Shown one piece after another: positions 14,700 to 23,148 of a stretch of 26,403 nt of DNA. The position numbers were made by a program, and so were the translations under genes. Positions within the stretch are counted from its first letter, which is position 1. Every line of letters begins with the position of its first letter. Origin of the DNA: a virus (taxonomy: Duplodnaviria > Caudoviricetes); IMG/VR virus record IMGVR_UViG_3300044723_007638, positions 1 to 26,403 of that record; one strand, given 5' to 3'. The notes under the pieces were generated by a model. The model worked only from the letters and a program-made list of their open reading frames with translations. It had not been told where the DNA came from and made no database searches.

Positions 14700-15187
14700 T
14701 CCTGCCATCCCCTTCTAGGATAAGGGCTTGGGGGTGTTGACATCTGATTGAGGATGGTCCCGATCCACCACCCCAACACACGTTTTTTACCACTCCCAGC
14801 CACACGTATATACAAACCCCCACAGCACACATCCAGCACAACATATACTCCCAGCAGCTCCTCCAGCGGTAATTTTACTGTCTCCAGGGTTGATTTCACT
14901 TGATTTGAGTGGTTGCGAGCTATTCCGAGTGAAAATATATGATGTTTTTTGCTAGTTGCATTTACAGCATACTACGACTCGAGAGCAGCCCGAGAGAGAC
15001 TCAAATATACCACACCATACACTCGCTGGGGTCACTCGATTTACGACTCAGAGGAGTTTACTCTGCTCCTAGTCGCCGAGAACGAGCGATTATTTACTGT
15101 TTTTTCTATGTTTTCACAGGTGCGAGTCGGATTAGAGTGACTACATGAGGTGGGGAGAGTGGGGGGTGCGTCAGCAGCGGCAGGGAA
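14700..15187. other. Largest non-coding interval; candidate replication origin or genome-end region
   Basis: No convincing ORF. A C-rich tract (14761-14870: 48 C vs 11 G by hand count) flips to G-rich (15121-15190: 32 G vs 10 C). Repeated GACTC/GAGTC. Confidence 0.5.
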
Positions 15188-15595
15188 TCACGATATAAAG
15201 TGATTATTCGTGGTGGTAATCCACTGGTTTAATCCATCCCAGGGAGTGAAACGCTCATACTCATAAGGAAGTTTAATGTATCGATACAGCTCATTTTTAC
15301 GGGAATCGAGAATCAGTAAGTCACCATTTAGTATAATACCACAGACGACGTGGGGGGATGAGTTTTCATCATTACAAAGAATGTAATAAACATCAGATGC
15401 AGGTACGTTTTTATATGCTACAAGAAACTCACAAAAAGTAGAGGCAAAGGTGGCTTCATTCCCAGAGTAACGATAACCATGTAATAGATTTGTGTGATAT
15501 GGCTTGGGAATGGTATCATGAGGTGTATCGGATGGAGTGTAATCAAATAACTCAAGTGCTCGAGTGTAATGAAAAAATAGATCCGAGAGTTTCAT
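15188..15595 (-). CDS. Hypothetical protein, weakly transglutaminase-like (BTLCP-like)
   Basis: HVVCGIILNGDLLILDS resembles HAVLxV...LVLDN; GNEATFA stands where GDCEDYA would be expected. Confidence 0.5.
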   Translation of the reverse strand: MKLSDLFFHYTRALELFDYTPSDTPHDTIPKPYHTNLLHGYRYSGNEATFASTFCEFLVAYKNVPASDVYYILCNDENSSPHVVCGIILNGDLLILDSRKNELYRYIKLPYEYERFTPWDGLNQWITTTNNHFIS

Positions 15596-15864
15596 TATTT
15601 GGTGCCATCATAGAGTGAGCGCAGGTGATCCGAGAATGATTCTACTTTAGACACACGATCTGGCCAGTACAAATATTCCTTTTCTGGATTGGCAGCAAGG
15701 TTATTTAAAAGCGGCTGGATGGCATTATAAACTTTAGTCAGGCGAGCGCGATACATTTCAGCATCCGCAGAGGTAGACTCCAGTTGAGCATTGGCTTCCT
15801 GAATGACCTCAAGTTCATCAACCGTTACAGCAGTGAAACCAAAGTCAAAAATATCTTCACTCAT
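15595..15864 (-). CDS. T4-like phage hypothetical protein (start revised to MSEDIFDFGFTAV)
   Basis: Motifs FDFGFTAV..ELE and LLNNLAANPEKEYLYWPDR. Confidence 0.8.
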   Translation of the reverse strand: MSEDIFDFGFTAVTVDELEVIQEANAQLESTSADAEMYRARLTKVYNAIQPLLNNLAANPEKEYLYWPDRVSKVESFSDHLRSLYDGTK

Positions 15865-16078
15865 CGTCTTCTTCCCATGCTCCGCAATAATTGCAGGTTT
15901 CGTTCTTACCAATCCACATTACACCCATTTCTACCGTACACGAGTGTTGCCACATGTTATCATAATTGACTTCGCGGAGTGGTTGTGGTTTATTCTTACG
16001 AAAAATTCGATCGTAATTATTGTAATACGTTTCACGATCGACACCCATTGGTCTTGGCTTATCACCCTTCCCGTTCAT
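15857..16078 (-). CDS. Small protein with C-terminal HxC...CxxC
   Basis: GAGG RBS; MNGKGDKPRP..YYNNYDRIF..WQHSC..CNYCG. Confidence 0.7.
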   Translation of the reverse strand: MNGKGDKPRPMGVDRETYYNNYDRIFRKNKPQPLREVNYDNMWQHSCTVEMGVMWIGKNETCNYCGAWEEDDE

Positions 16079-16087
16079 ATTTATTCC

Positions 16088-16963
16088 TCACCAGTATCGA
16101 AATTGATCCTCAGTCCTTAATTGCTTTTGTTGTTTCTCTTGAATCAACGAAAGTAGATAATTCGCAAACAATGCATTACAGTTTGGCGACATATGATTAG
16201 ATAGCCCATCATATGCACTAGGTTCTAGCCAATCATTTTTCCTTTTCAGCTCATCCACCAGCGTTTTTACATCAGGATCAAACTTACGCATCCAGCGTAA
16301 AATAGAATATTGATCCAGTCGCATTTCAGCAGGCGTAGGTGCCATATCATTATGCCAGCAAAAGGGCACTTCCTCAGGAAACGCCCAGAGGTGTAACTGA
16401 ACCGCATTCCGAATCGTTTTGAGTGGTTGGGCAGGGCACGTGCCTACCAGATGCTGAAATACCTTTTGATTGTAGATGGTGCGCCAGTATCGCTCTTCCT
16501 TGCCTACTTTTAGATCTTGCCATGCCTGCATAGTATAAACCAATGCGTCATGGTCAGGATCAGACTCATCAAGAATTCTATAGTTTTTACGATTCTTAAC
16601 GTCATCCAGATCCATGGGTGGACGCGACTTGTTAGATACCATGCGAGCAGACTGAGACCAAATGAAAATATAGACGTCAGAATGGTCGTCGGTTAGCGAG
16701 CCCAGCTCCCAGTCTCGAATCCAAGTATGTAAAGTGAAAAGCGGAGAAGCACCAATAACACCAATATTACCAATCTTCGCGCGCAGATGATCCGCTAATA
16801 GATCTGGCCAGCACTGCTCATACATCTCATCACAAAACTCATATGAGTATGCATGGTGCGAGCGATGATAGTTTACGCCAGAGTTGCGTTTTCCTGGATT
16901 GATGCTCTCCCAGTTTTTAGTGTAAGCGCCAAATGAGTCCGCATAGATGTAGAGTTTATCCAT
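16088..16963 (-). CDS. SGNH/GDSL-hydrolase-like protein
   Basis: N-terminal IYADSF, WPDLLA..NIGVIGAS, and C-terminal NHMSPNCNALFA. Confidence 0.6.
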   Translation of the reverse strand: MDKLYIYADSFGAYTKNWESINPGKRNSGVNYHRSHHAYSYEFCDEMYEQCWPDLLADHLRAKIGNIGVIGASPLFTLHTWIRDWELGSLTDDHSDVYIFIWSQSARMVSNKSRPPMDLDDVKNRKNYRILDESDPDHDALVYTMQAWQDLKVGKEERYWRTIYNQKVFQHLVGTCPAQPLKTIRNAVQLHLWAFPEEVPFCWHNDMAPTPAEMRLDQYSILRWMRKFDPDVKTLVDELKRKNDWLEPSAYDGLSNHMSPNCNALFANYLLSLIQEKQQKQLRTEDQFRYW

Positions 16964-17372
16964 CTGATGGTCTCAGCGATAGTTTTTCAAGGCTGAGTTT
17001 ATCTTTCATGCTCATTACATATGCCGAAATGGCAAGGATGAGGATGCCACCACACTCATATAGAATACTGATTGAATCTTCTCCCTTGGTTTGGAGTAGA
17101 ATCATCCGAGTGAGTGCGGTGATGGCGATTACAATTGGAAGTGTTACAGGTATGCGATGACTGCTATAGAAGGCAGCAACCATCCCCAAGATCTCAGCAT
17201 AAATGAAGAGCATGAATAAGTCAGCAAGAGCCATCTTGCCTTGAGTCCCAAACATGTGAATAACGTCATAACCAGCTGCCCATATTGTTCCACCCACAAT
17301 AAAGAGTAGAAGTAACTTTTCGACCTGCTCAATTAATTTTTGGATTAGTTTATTCGTCGGTGTCCCTGTCAC
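16956..17372 (-). CDS. psiE: Phosphate-starvation-inducible protein PsiE family
   Basis: Four TM helices; LADLFMLFIYAEILGMV..FY..HRIPVTLPIVIAITALTRMIL. Start uncertain (GTG 17372). Confidence 0.88.
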   Translation of the reverse strand: MTGTPTNKLIQKLIEQVEKLLLLFIVGGTIWAAGYDVIHMFGTQGKMALADLFMLFIYAEILGMVAAFYSSHRIPVTLPIVIAITALTRMILLQTKGEDSISILYECGGILILAISAYVMSMKDKLSLEKLSLRPSDG

Positions 17373-17550
17373 GGTGTTTCTCCAAATCACGAACCATTTC
17401 ACTCACGTCACCGTATCCCATTTCAGCAAAGAGAACGATCATTTCAACTGCACCTTCTTTTATTCCTTGCCTAGACCCAAACCAGCGTCCGATATAGTAA
17501 GCTGCTGCCAGCATAGAAGTTGCCAGTAATGTGTGTATTTCTGGTGTCAT
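17350..17550 (-). CDS. Small membrane-anchored protein
   Basis: ATGA overlap with the helicase stop; N-terminal hydrophobic helix. Confidence 0.7.
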   Translation of the reverse strand: MTPEIHTLLATSMLAAAYYIGRWFGSRQGIKEGAVEMIVLFAEMGYGDVSEMVRDLEKHRDRDTDE

Positions 17551-18941
17551 ATCAAGAATCCTTCTGTATTGAGTTTCTTGCCCGAAGGCGTGTTATCAAA
17601 TACTGGTGCATTCTGTTTTGCGCTGTCATCAACCAGTTCTTTATCAGCATCCTCAACGTCAAATAGTTTCATTTTAGATCGGTCAACACCGACAACAAAA
17701 CGCTTATGAACATTTGGATCGCTATATCGGTTCTTCAACTGCTTAATTAGGATCTGATTATTTGCTGAGAGCTCATCATTTGACACCAAAGCAATCATCA
17801 AGTCAGCGGTGGCTGGCAATCCAAAGGACTCAGATGTATCCTCAAGTCCAGGATCACTGCTACCATAACCAGATCGCGTTGTCTGAGTTGCGGAGACAAC
17901 TGGTAGATTAAATTCAACAGCCAACCCACGTAACTCCTCAGCGATTGCCTTGATAAAGGAGTATGTGTTGATTGACCCACCGACACCCTTCATCCTTGAG
18001 GATGTACAGATATTTAGGTAGTCAATGAACAGGAGATCGGGCACAAACTTTTTCTTGAGTTTCAGTTCATTGAGCAGAGCACGGAAGTGACCACTATGCG
18101 CCTGACCAGTCGGATACTCTTTGATGATCAACTTACCATGGGTCTTGTTTGCCAGCTCACCAACGCGACTCTTGAACATATCCTTTGATAAGTTTTCCAA
18201 CTGATCTATCGGGACGTTGAGTAGATTCGCATCGATACGTTCCGCGATTCGTTCTTCAGCCATTTCCAGAGTGATGTAAAGGACATTCTTTCCTTGTGAT
18301 AAGGCAGCTCCAGCACAATGACACATGAAAAGACTTTTACCGACACCCGTACCTGCCAGAGCGATGTTGAGGGTCTTATTAGGTAGACCACCTTTAGTGA
18401 TTGTGTTAAAGTATTCCAGATCGAACGGAATGCGTTCCTCTTTTTGGTGGTAGAAGTCGTATCGCGCATCAACATTCTCCAGATAGTCATGACCAATATT
18501 TGTATCAAAGGTCACAGCAAGTGCACTGGATAAAATATCAGGGAGTGCATTCTTAGTTAGGCTTTGATGCTTTCCGTCAATTATCGAGATTGATTCCATG
18601 ACTGCGTTGAACAGGGCGCGATCCTGACACCACTTTTCAGTGTTGCTAATCAACCAGTCATAATCAGTTTCGGTATCTTTGGTAAAAAGGTCGGGGAGGA
18701 TATCCATCGCATGACGGAACACCTCCTCCGACAAGTTCGTATCCGACTCCTGCATCGAGATACGAAAAGCGTCAATGCTCGGTATGCTGTTATATTTGGC
18801 AACATACTTTGCAAACTCCGTGAATAATGCTCGATGTACTCCCTCAAAGTAACTCGGGTTCATGAAGGGTACAACCTTGCGCATATAATCTTCGTTGGTG
18901 AAGAAAGAGCGCAAAACCATGGTTGGCATATCAGTGGACAT
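17547..18941 (-). CDS. 41: T4 gp41-like replicative helicase (DnaB family)
   Basis: Walker A LAGTGVGKS, YITLEMAEERIAERIDAN, FIDYLNIC, SATQTTRSG and QLKNRY. Confidence 0.97.
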   Translation of the reverse strand: MSTDMPTMVLRSFFTNEDYMRKVVPFMNPSYFEGVHRALFTEFAKYVAKYNSIPSIDAFRISMQESDTNLSEEVFRHAMDILPDLFTKDTETDYDWLISNTEKWCQDRALFNAVMESISIIDGKHQSLTKNALPDILSSALAVTFDTNIGHDYLENVDARYDFYHQKEERIPFDLEYFNTITKGGLPNKTLNIALAGTGVGKSLFMCHCAGAALSQGKNVLYITLEMAEERIAERIDANLLNVPIDQLENLSKDMFKSRVGELANKTHGKLIIKEYPTGQAHSGHFRALLNELKLKKKFVPDLLFIDYLNICTSSRMKGVGGSINTYSFIKAIAEELRGLAVEFNLPVVSATQTTRSGYGSSDPGLEDTSESFGLPATADLMIALVSNDELSANNQILIKQLKNRYSDPNVHKRFVVGVDRSKMKLFDVEDADKELVDDSAKQNAPVFDNTPSGKKLNTEGFLI

Positions 18942-19353
18942 TAAATTTAGATTCCTCGTCTTGCACTATCTCTTTGCCTTTCTCGTCTGTAATGATCAAG
19001 GCATCAGAGCGATTCATTTCATCAATTAGGTCTTGAATGATTAGCGAGCATACTCGACAAAATCTTTCTTCAGCAGGATCAACTAAACTACCTTCAGGGA
19101 TCATCATCAATTCCACCTGAAACTCGAGCTCTTGCTTCTCTGGGTTCATTTGAACGTTATGGTACTTGATCACAACGTCCTTGTAATCCTTATGCATGAT
19201 TACCACTGACCAACCATCTGGATCCATCGGATTGGTTGGATCAGGTGCAATAACATAATCCTTATCAATTTGCATTTCAGTAATGTCAGCGGAGAAGGCG
19301 ACGTCCCTGCCTTCCCCAGCTAAGAATACAAATGCCTCTGCACTATCGCTCAT
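18931..19353 (-). CDS. gp40-like protein (head vertex assembly chaperone position)
   Basis: Lies between uvsX and gene 41 as T4 gene 40 does, and is acidic. The call is mainly syntenic. Confidence 0.55.
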   Translation of the reverse strand: MSDSAEAFVFLAGEGRDVAFSADITEMQIDKDYVIAPDPTNPMDPDGWSVVIMHKDYKDVVIKYHNVQMNPEKQELEFQVELMMIPEGSLVDPAEERFCRVCSLIIQDLIDEMNRSDALIITDEKGKEIVQDEESKFNVH

Positions 19354-20411
19354 GCTGGCTCCTCAAGGGCAAGTTCCATTTCTTCCCAAGAGCCCATAGT
19401 CGCACTGCCCACCTGATACAACCCACGAACATAATCTTGGAATTTCTCAGAGGCGAGCATCTCTTCCCAGAAATATGCTTCTCGCGTCTCTTTCTCACGA
19501 ACCTTACCACCAACGACAGCACCTGTATCAGTATCAACTCGCTGATACCACCCATTGCTAGGTTTAACAACAAACCCACCAGCCAGTCCGACTTCAAGCA
19601 AGCCAGAGTATGGCTCAATGCCACCTTCCCATGATACACTCACTGGAATCTTTGACTTCTCTTTTACAAACCGAGACTTTTCAACGTTGACAATAAAGTC
19701 ATAGCCAGTCACCTCAGTACCAGTCTTGTTCTGGCGGCGACCAATAATCCAGATATTGTCTGCGCTGTAGTAGATGCCAGTGCCACCTGATACAATATCT
19801 TTCGGAAACAAACCGATCTCTTTGTATGTGTGGTTAATAGCCAGCATCGGAATATTCTTCATGGCCAGATATGGGGTGCACATACGAAACAGACCCTTGA
19901 GTGCCTTGGCGCGAGACATATCAGCCACTGCTTTCTCATTGATAGCATCCTCAAGTTCTTTCTTCGAAGCGAGGTTGCCGATAGAGTCGATAACTACCAC
20001 CACATCGTCACTAGCATCAAGCGCCTCTAGCTGGGAGATCAAATCGAACTTCAGCTCTTCAACGTTGGTGATAGGAGTATGGAGGACGCGATCAAGGTCA
20101 ATACCAAACGTTTCGAAGTATGCTTGCGGTGAACCAAACTCAGAATCATAAAACAAAACAACAGAGTCTGGCTTGGCTCGCTGATAAGCAGCTGCCATCA
20201 GTAATGCAAACGAAGTCTTGAAATGTTTCGATGGACCAGCCAGTACAGTCAGACCAGAGGACAAACCACCATTGAGGTCACCTGACAATGCCACGTTGAT
20301 CATGGGCACGCCAGTATCAATTTGATCTTTATCACCAAAGAATTTAGACTTGCTCAATACCTCTGCTGTGCCAATCTTGGAATTCTTTTTTAGTTTGTCC
20401 ATTATACTCAT
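19350..20411 (-). CDS. uvsX: UvsX RecA-like recombinase
   Basis: LAGPSKHFKT, FYDSEFG, IDSIGNLASKKE, DMSRAK and KSRFVKEKSKIP. Confidence 0.97.
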   Translation of the reverse strand: MSIMDKLKKNSKIGTAEVLSKSKFFGDKDQIDTGVPMINVALSGDLNGGLSSGLTVLAGPSKHFKTSFALLMAAAYQRAKPDSVVLFYDSEFGSPQAYFETFGIDLDRVLHTPITNVEELKFDLISQLEALDASDDVVVVIDSIGNLASKKELEDAINEKAVADMSRAKALKGLFRMCTPYLAMKNIPMLAINHTYKEIGLFPKDIVSGGTGIYYSADNIWIIGRRQNKTGTEVTGYDFIVNVEKSRFVKEKSKIPVSVSWEGGIEPYSGLLEVGLAGGFVVKPSNGWYQRVDTDTGAVVGGKVREKETREAYFWEEMLASEKFQDYVRGLYQVGSATMGSWEEMELALEEPA

Positions 20412-21394
20412 GACTGCTCTCCAAATAGGTCGAGCTGATCATCGTCAATGACGTCCTCGACTGTTAGTGTTTCAGATTCTTTGGGGTTTAAGAAATGCAC
20501 GTTCGCTGACTTTTCTCGGTCATCCATCTCATAATCTTTCCGATACTCATTGTTCACTTGCATTACTCTATCAAGAATGGAAAGTTTGTCCGTGTAACCA
20601 ATGAACGCCGATACATCTTTGGGGAAACACGCACCACCAAACCCTCGCTTACCATCAGAACCAGGAACACGCCAATGAGAAGAACCTATCCTTGGCTCTT
20701 TGGCTACAGTCCTGAGAACCGCAAGCGGCGAGCAAGTCAGTTTCTCATCTTCAACTGCATCATACAACTGATTGAAGAACGTCACTTTCATGGCAAGGTA
20801 TGAGTTGACTGCATATTTGATAAATGATGCTTCCACTGGCGTAACTGCGTGGATACAATCAGAACTAGGCAGCATGATATGAGTATTAAAATCGTAGAAG
20901 TACATCAACTCTTGGATTGATGACTGTAGACCACCAAAGACCATATAGTCTGGATTCTGATAATCATTTTCTGCATTACGCTCTTGTAGAAACTCAGGAG
21001 CATAGATGAATCGATGCGTATTTTCATCTGCCTCAATGGTGCGGCATAACTTATCGATGACATCAGGAGTGACAGTGGACTTCAACACCACTGCTGATTT
21101 AGAGCGCCGCAATAATTTAAGAACAGAATCATACGCGGCAGCAGAGTCAATGCGTCCATTATCCAATACAGGAGTTGGCACACAGACAAATGAGAGCGAT
21201 GGCTCCTGCTCGATGAGTTGATCAATGTCAGTGCCATAGATGGGGTCGACAATGAATCGGTTTACTTCAGGCAGGATTGCCTTTTCAACTGCCTTACCAA
21301 CGAAACCATGACCCACGATGGCAACCAAACCACGCTCAGATTTCCCATAGTCTGGGTCTACAGGGAAAAAATACTTTTGCTCTTGTTCATTCAT
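20408..21394 (-). CDS. ugd: UDP-glucose/GDP-mannose 6-dehydrogenase family, lacking the C-terminal domain
   Basis: GHGFVG, VCVPTP, LKSTVTP, PEFLQE, KYAVNSYLAMKVTFFN and GFGGACFPKD. Confidence 0.9.
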   Translation of the reverse strand: MNEQEQKYFFPVDPDYGKSERGLVAIVGHGFVGKAVEKAILPEVNRFIVDPIYGTDIDQLIEQEPSLSFVCVPTPVLDNGRIDSAAAYDSVLKLLRRSKSAVVLKSTVTPDVIDKLCRTIEADENTHRFIYAPEFLQERNAENDYQNPDYMVFGGLQSSIQELMYFYDFNTHIMLPSSDCIHAVTPVEASFIKYAVNSYLAMKVTFFNQLYDAVEDEKLTCSPLAVLRTVAKEPRIGSSHWRVPGSDGKRGFGGACFPKDVSAFIGYTDKLSILDRVMQVNNEYRKDYEMDDREKSANVHFLNPKESETLTVEDVIDDDQLDLFGEQS

Positions 21395-21543
21395 ACATTC
21401 AACCTTTTCTTCAGGGTTTCAATTTCGGACTGGCGGCGAGCTTCCCACTGCTCCTCAGTGCGGTCGCCTTTGGGTGAGAACTTCGCGTTCTCGAGAGACT
21501 GGAGTGCGACTTGACGTCGACGTGATACGTTTCGCTGTTTCAT
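21391..21543 (-). CDS. Small basic protein (50 aa, MKQRNVSRRRQVALQSLENAKF...)
   Basis: GGAG RBS and ATGA overlap with ugd. Not in the ORF track. Confidence 0.7.
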   Translation of the reverse strand: MKQRNVSRRRQVALQSLENAKFSPKGDRTEEQWEARRQSEIETLKKRLNV

Positions 21544-21567
21544 AATATATCTCCATTGATATAGTAT

Positions 21568-21595
21568 ATTATACTAATTTAGATTACTCTTTCAA
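21568..21595 (-). promoter_or_regulatory. Possible sigma70 promoter
   Basis: TTGAAA, 16 nt, TATAAT, upstream of the ugd-uvsX-41 block. Confidence 0.5.
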
Positions 21596-22025
21596 GCACT
21601 ATTCCACATTGTTCTAGGAATTCTACTCCTGCTCCTTTCGAGGCGATATAATCCTCTCCGAAGTAGACGTGCTTGATACCAGACTGGTGGATGAGTTTTG
21701 CGCACTCGATACACGGTGTGTGGGTACAGAACATGACGGCACCTTCACTTGACTCGTTGCTTCTTGCAAGTTTAGTGATGGCGTTTGCCTCAGCATGTAG
21801 CACCTCTTTCTTGCTCTCATACCAGACATGCGGTTCATGTTCACCTTCCTCATACTTCTTAACCTCACACTCATTATCCCAACCACTCGGCATACCATTG
21901 TATCCGATACTAATAATGCGACCATCCTTCACAACTATCGCACCCACGTGTAACTTACGAGCAGTGCTAAGTTCAGCGAATCGTCGGGCGACATCCATAA
22001 ATGCTGATTTAAATTTTGGTTTCAT
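21579..22025 (-). CDS. cd: dCMP deaminase
   Basis: VGAIVVKDGRIISIGYNG, HAEANAI and PCIECAK. Start revised to MKPKF. Confidence 0.95.
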   Translation of the reverse strand: MKPKFKSAFMDVARRFAELSTARKLHVGAIVVKDGRIISIGYNGMPSGWDNECEVKKYEEGEHEPHVWYESKKEVLHAEANAITKLARSNESSEGAVMFCTHTPCIECAKLIHQSGIKHVYFGEDYIASKGAGVEFLEQCGIVLERVI

Positions 22026-22960
22026 TACTCCTCCCATGTATTAGCATATGCCCACTTGAGCGCAGCACCTGCTTCTTTTGTTAGTGGTCTGTTTTCATAC
22101 CAGTTGCCAGTCTCTTGGTCTAGCTCGCGGCACAACTGAGCGATCTGCATCTCGGTGATTGGATATTTCGCTTTGACTGCATTACAAGCGACCGCCACCA
22201 TAATCTGATACATCTTATGATACCAGCCAGTTCCTGTAATAGTGCGATAGTCCTCAGCCATACGTTTTGGAAAGAAAGGACAGTCACGATAGCTGGTCCA
22301 ATTAATGCTGGTGTTATCAAGAGAATCTTTGCGATGTTGTAATACATCCTCACGAATCGACTCTGGTAGTCGGTCAAGAAAACTATTGCCTGTTTTTTCT
22401 GTGTATGGATATTGTTTGATTAACCAGTCCACGTCAAGATCAGTCCGACCGCTATCAAAGAGCCAATTGTCAGCACCATCGTATGTCGCAGGGACATAAT
22501 ACATTCTTGATACATCTTTAGTCTGAGCATCTCCGATTCCCGAGATATGCTCGTTGAGCGCGTACCAAAATCGTTTAACTTCATCTGCCTGTACAGATCT
22601 TGTAAGCCTGAACACAATGCGGAACTTCTGCTGAGTTGGCCTGCAACTAGCAGTACTGTAGCAAAGATAATAGATGTCCCCAAGAATACTTGAAAGTCGC
22701 TCATTAATTTCTTCCTTGTTTACTTCCCATTCATCAACGTCAACACATGCCCATCTACCCCACTCAATAACATTACGGTTGGAACGAGTGGTGCCCTCTT
22801 TGTACACAGCAGGGCTGATGAGCGGTGCGTCTTTTTTTCCTGGTCGGGAAACTTCTGACAGCTGGCGAAGCAGATCAACAAAAGTTTCCCAATCGGGAAA
22901 GTTCATTCGGCGATGCGTCTTGTTATCGAACGCCGACTTGAATATAGTTAAACTGTACAT
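22025..22960 (-). CDS. Putative primase / prim-pol-like protein
   Basis: LISPAVY..RSNRNV..ACVDVD (DxD), YSTAS, KFRIVF, DAQTKDVSRMYYVP, and a helical C-terminal domain. Confidence 0.7.
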   Translation of the reverse strand: MYSLTIFKSAFDNKTHRRMNFPDWETFVDLLRQLSEVSRPGKKDAPLISPAVYKEGTTRSNRNVIEWGRWACVDVDEWEVNKEEINERLSSILGDIYYLCYSTASCRPTQQKFRIVFRLTRSVQADEVKRFWYALNEHISGIGDAQTKDVSRMYYVPATYDGADNWLFDSGRTDLDVDWLIKQYPYTEKTGNSFLDRLPESIREDVLQHRKDSLDNTSINWTSYRDCPFFPKRMAEDYRTITGTGWYHKMYQIMVAVACNAVKAKYPITEMQIAQLCRELDQETGNWYENRPLTKEAGAALKWAYANTWEE

Positions 22961-22962
22961 AA

Positions 22963-23148
22963 TCAGTCACGAGTGGATTTATACTCTATTATATCTTTTT
23001 TGCGTACATCTTCAAGTCTATTTTCATCTTCATCCCAAATAACCAACAGATCACTGCTTTCATTTGGGTTGTATTCTGGCACATGTCGAAACTTTTTTGT
23101 CACCACCTCACCTGTGCGGTAGTGCTTGAATGTAATATATTCACTCAT
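22963..23148 (-). CDS. Hypothetical protein (61 aa)
   Basis: ATGA overlap with the polymerase stop. Confidence 0.7.
   Translation of the reverse strand: MSEYITFKHYRTGEVVTKKFRHVPEYNPNESSDLLVIWDEDENRLEDVRKKDIIEYKSTRD

Noticed and set aside
14684-15148. Short ORFs in the origin-like gap
   Set aside because: No RBS or coupling to neighbours, and their composition reflects the nucleotide skew.
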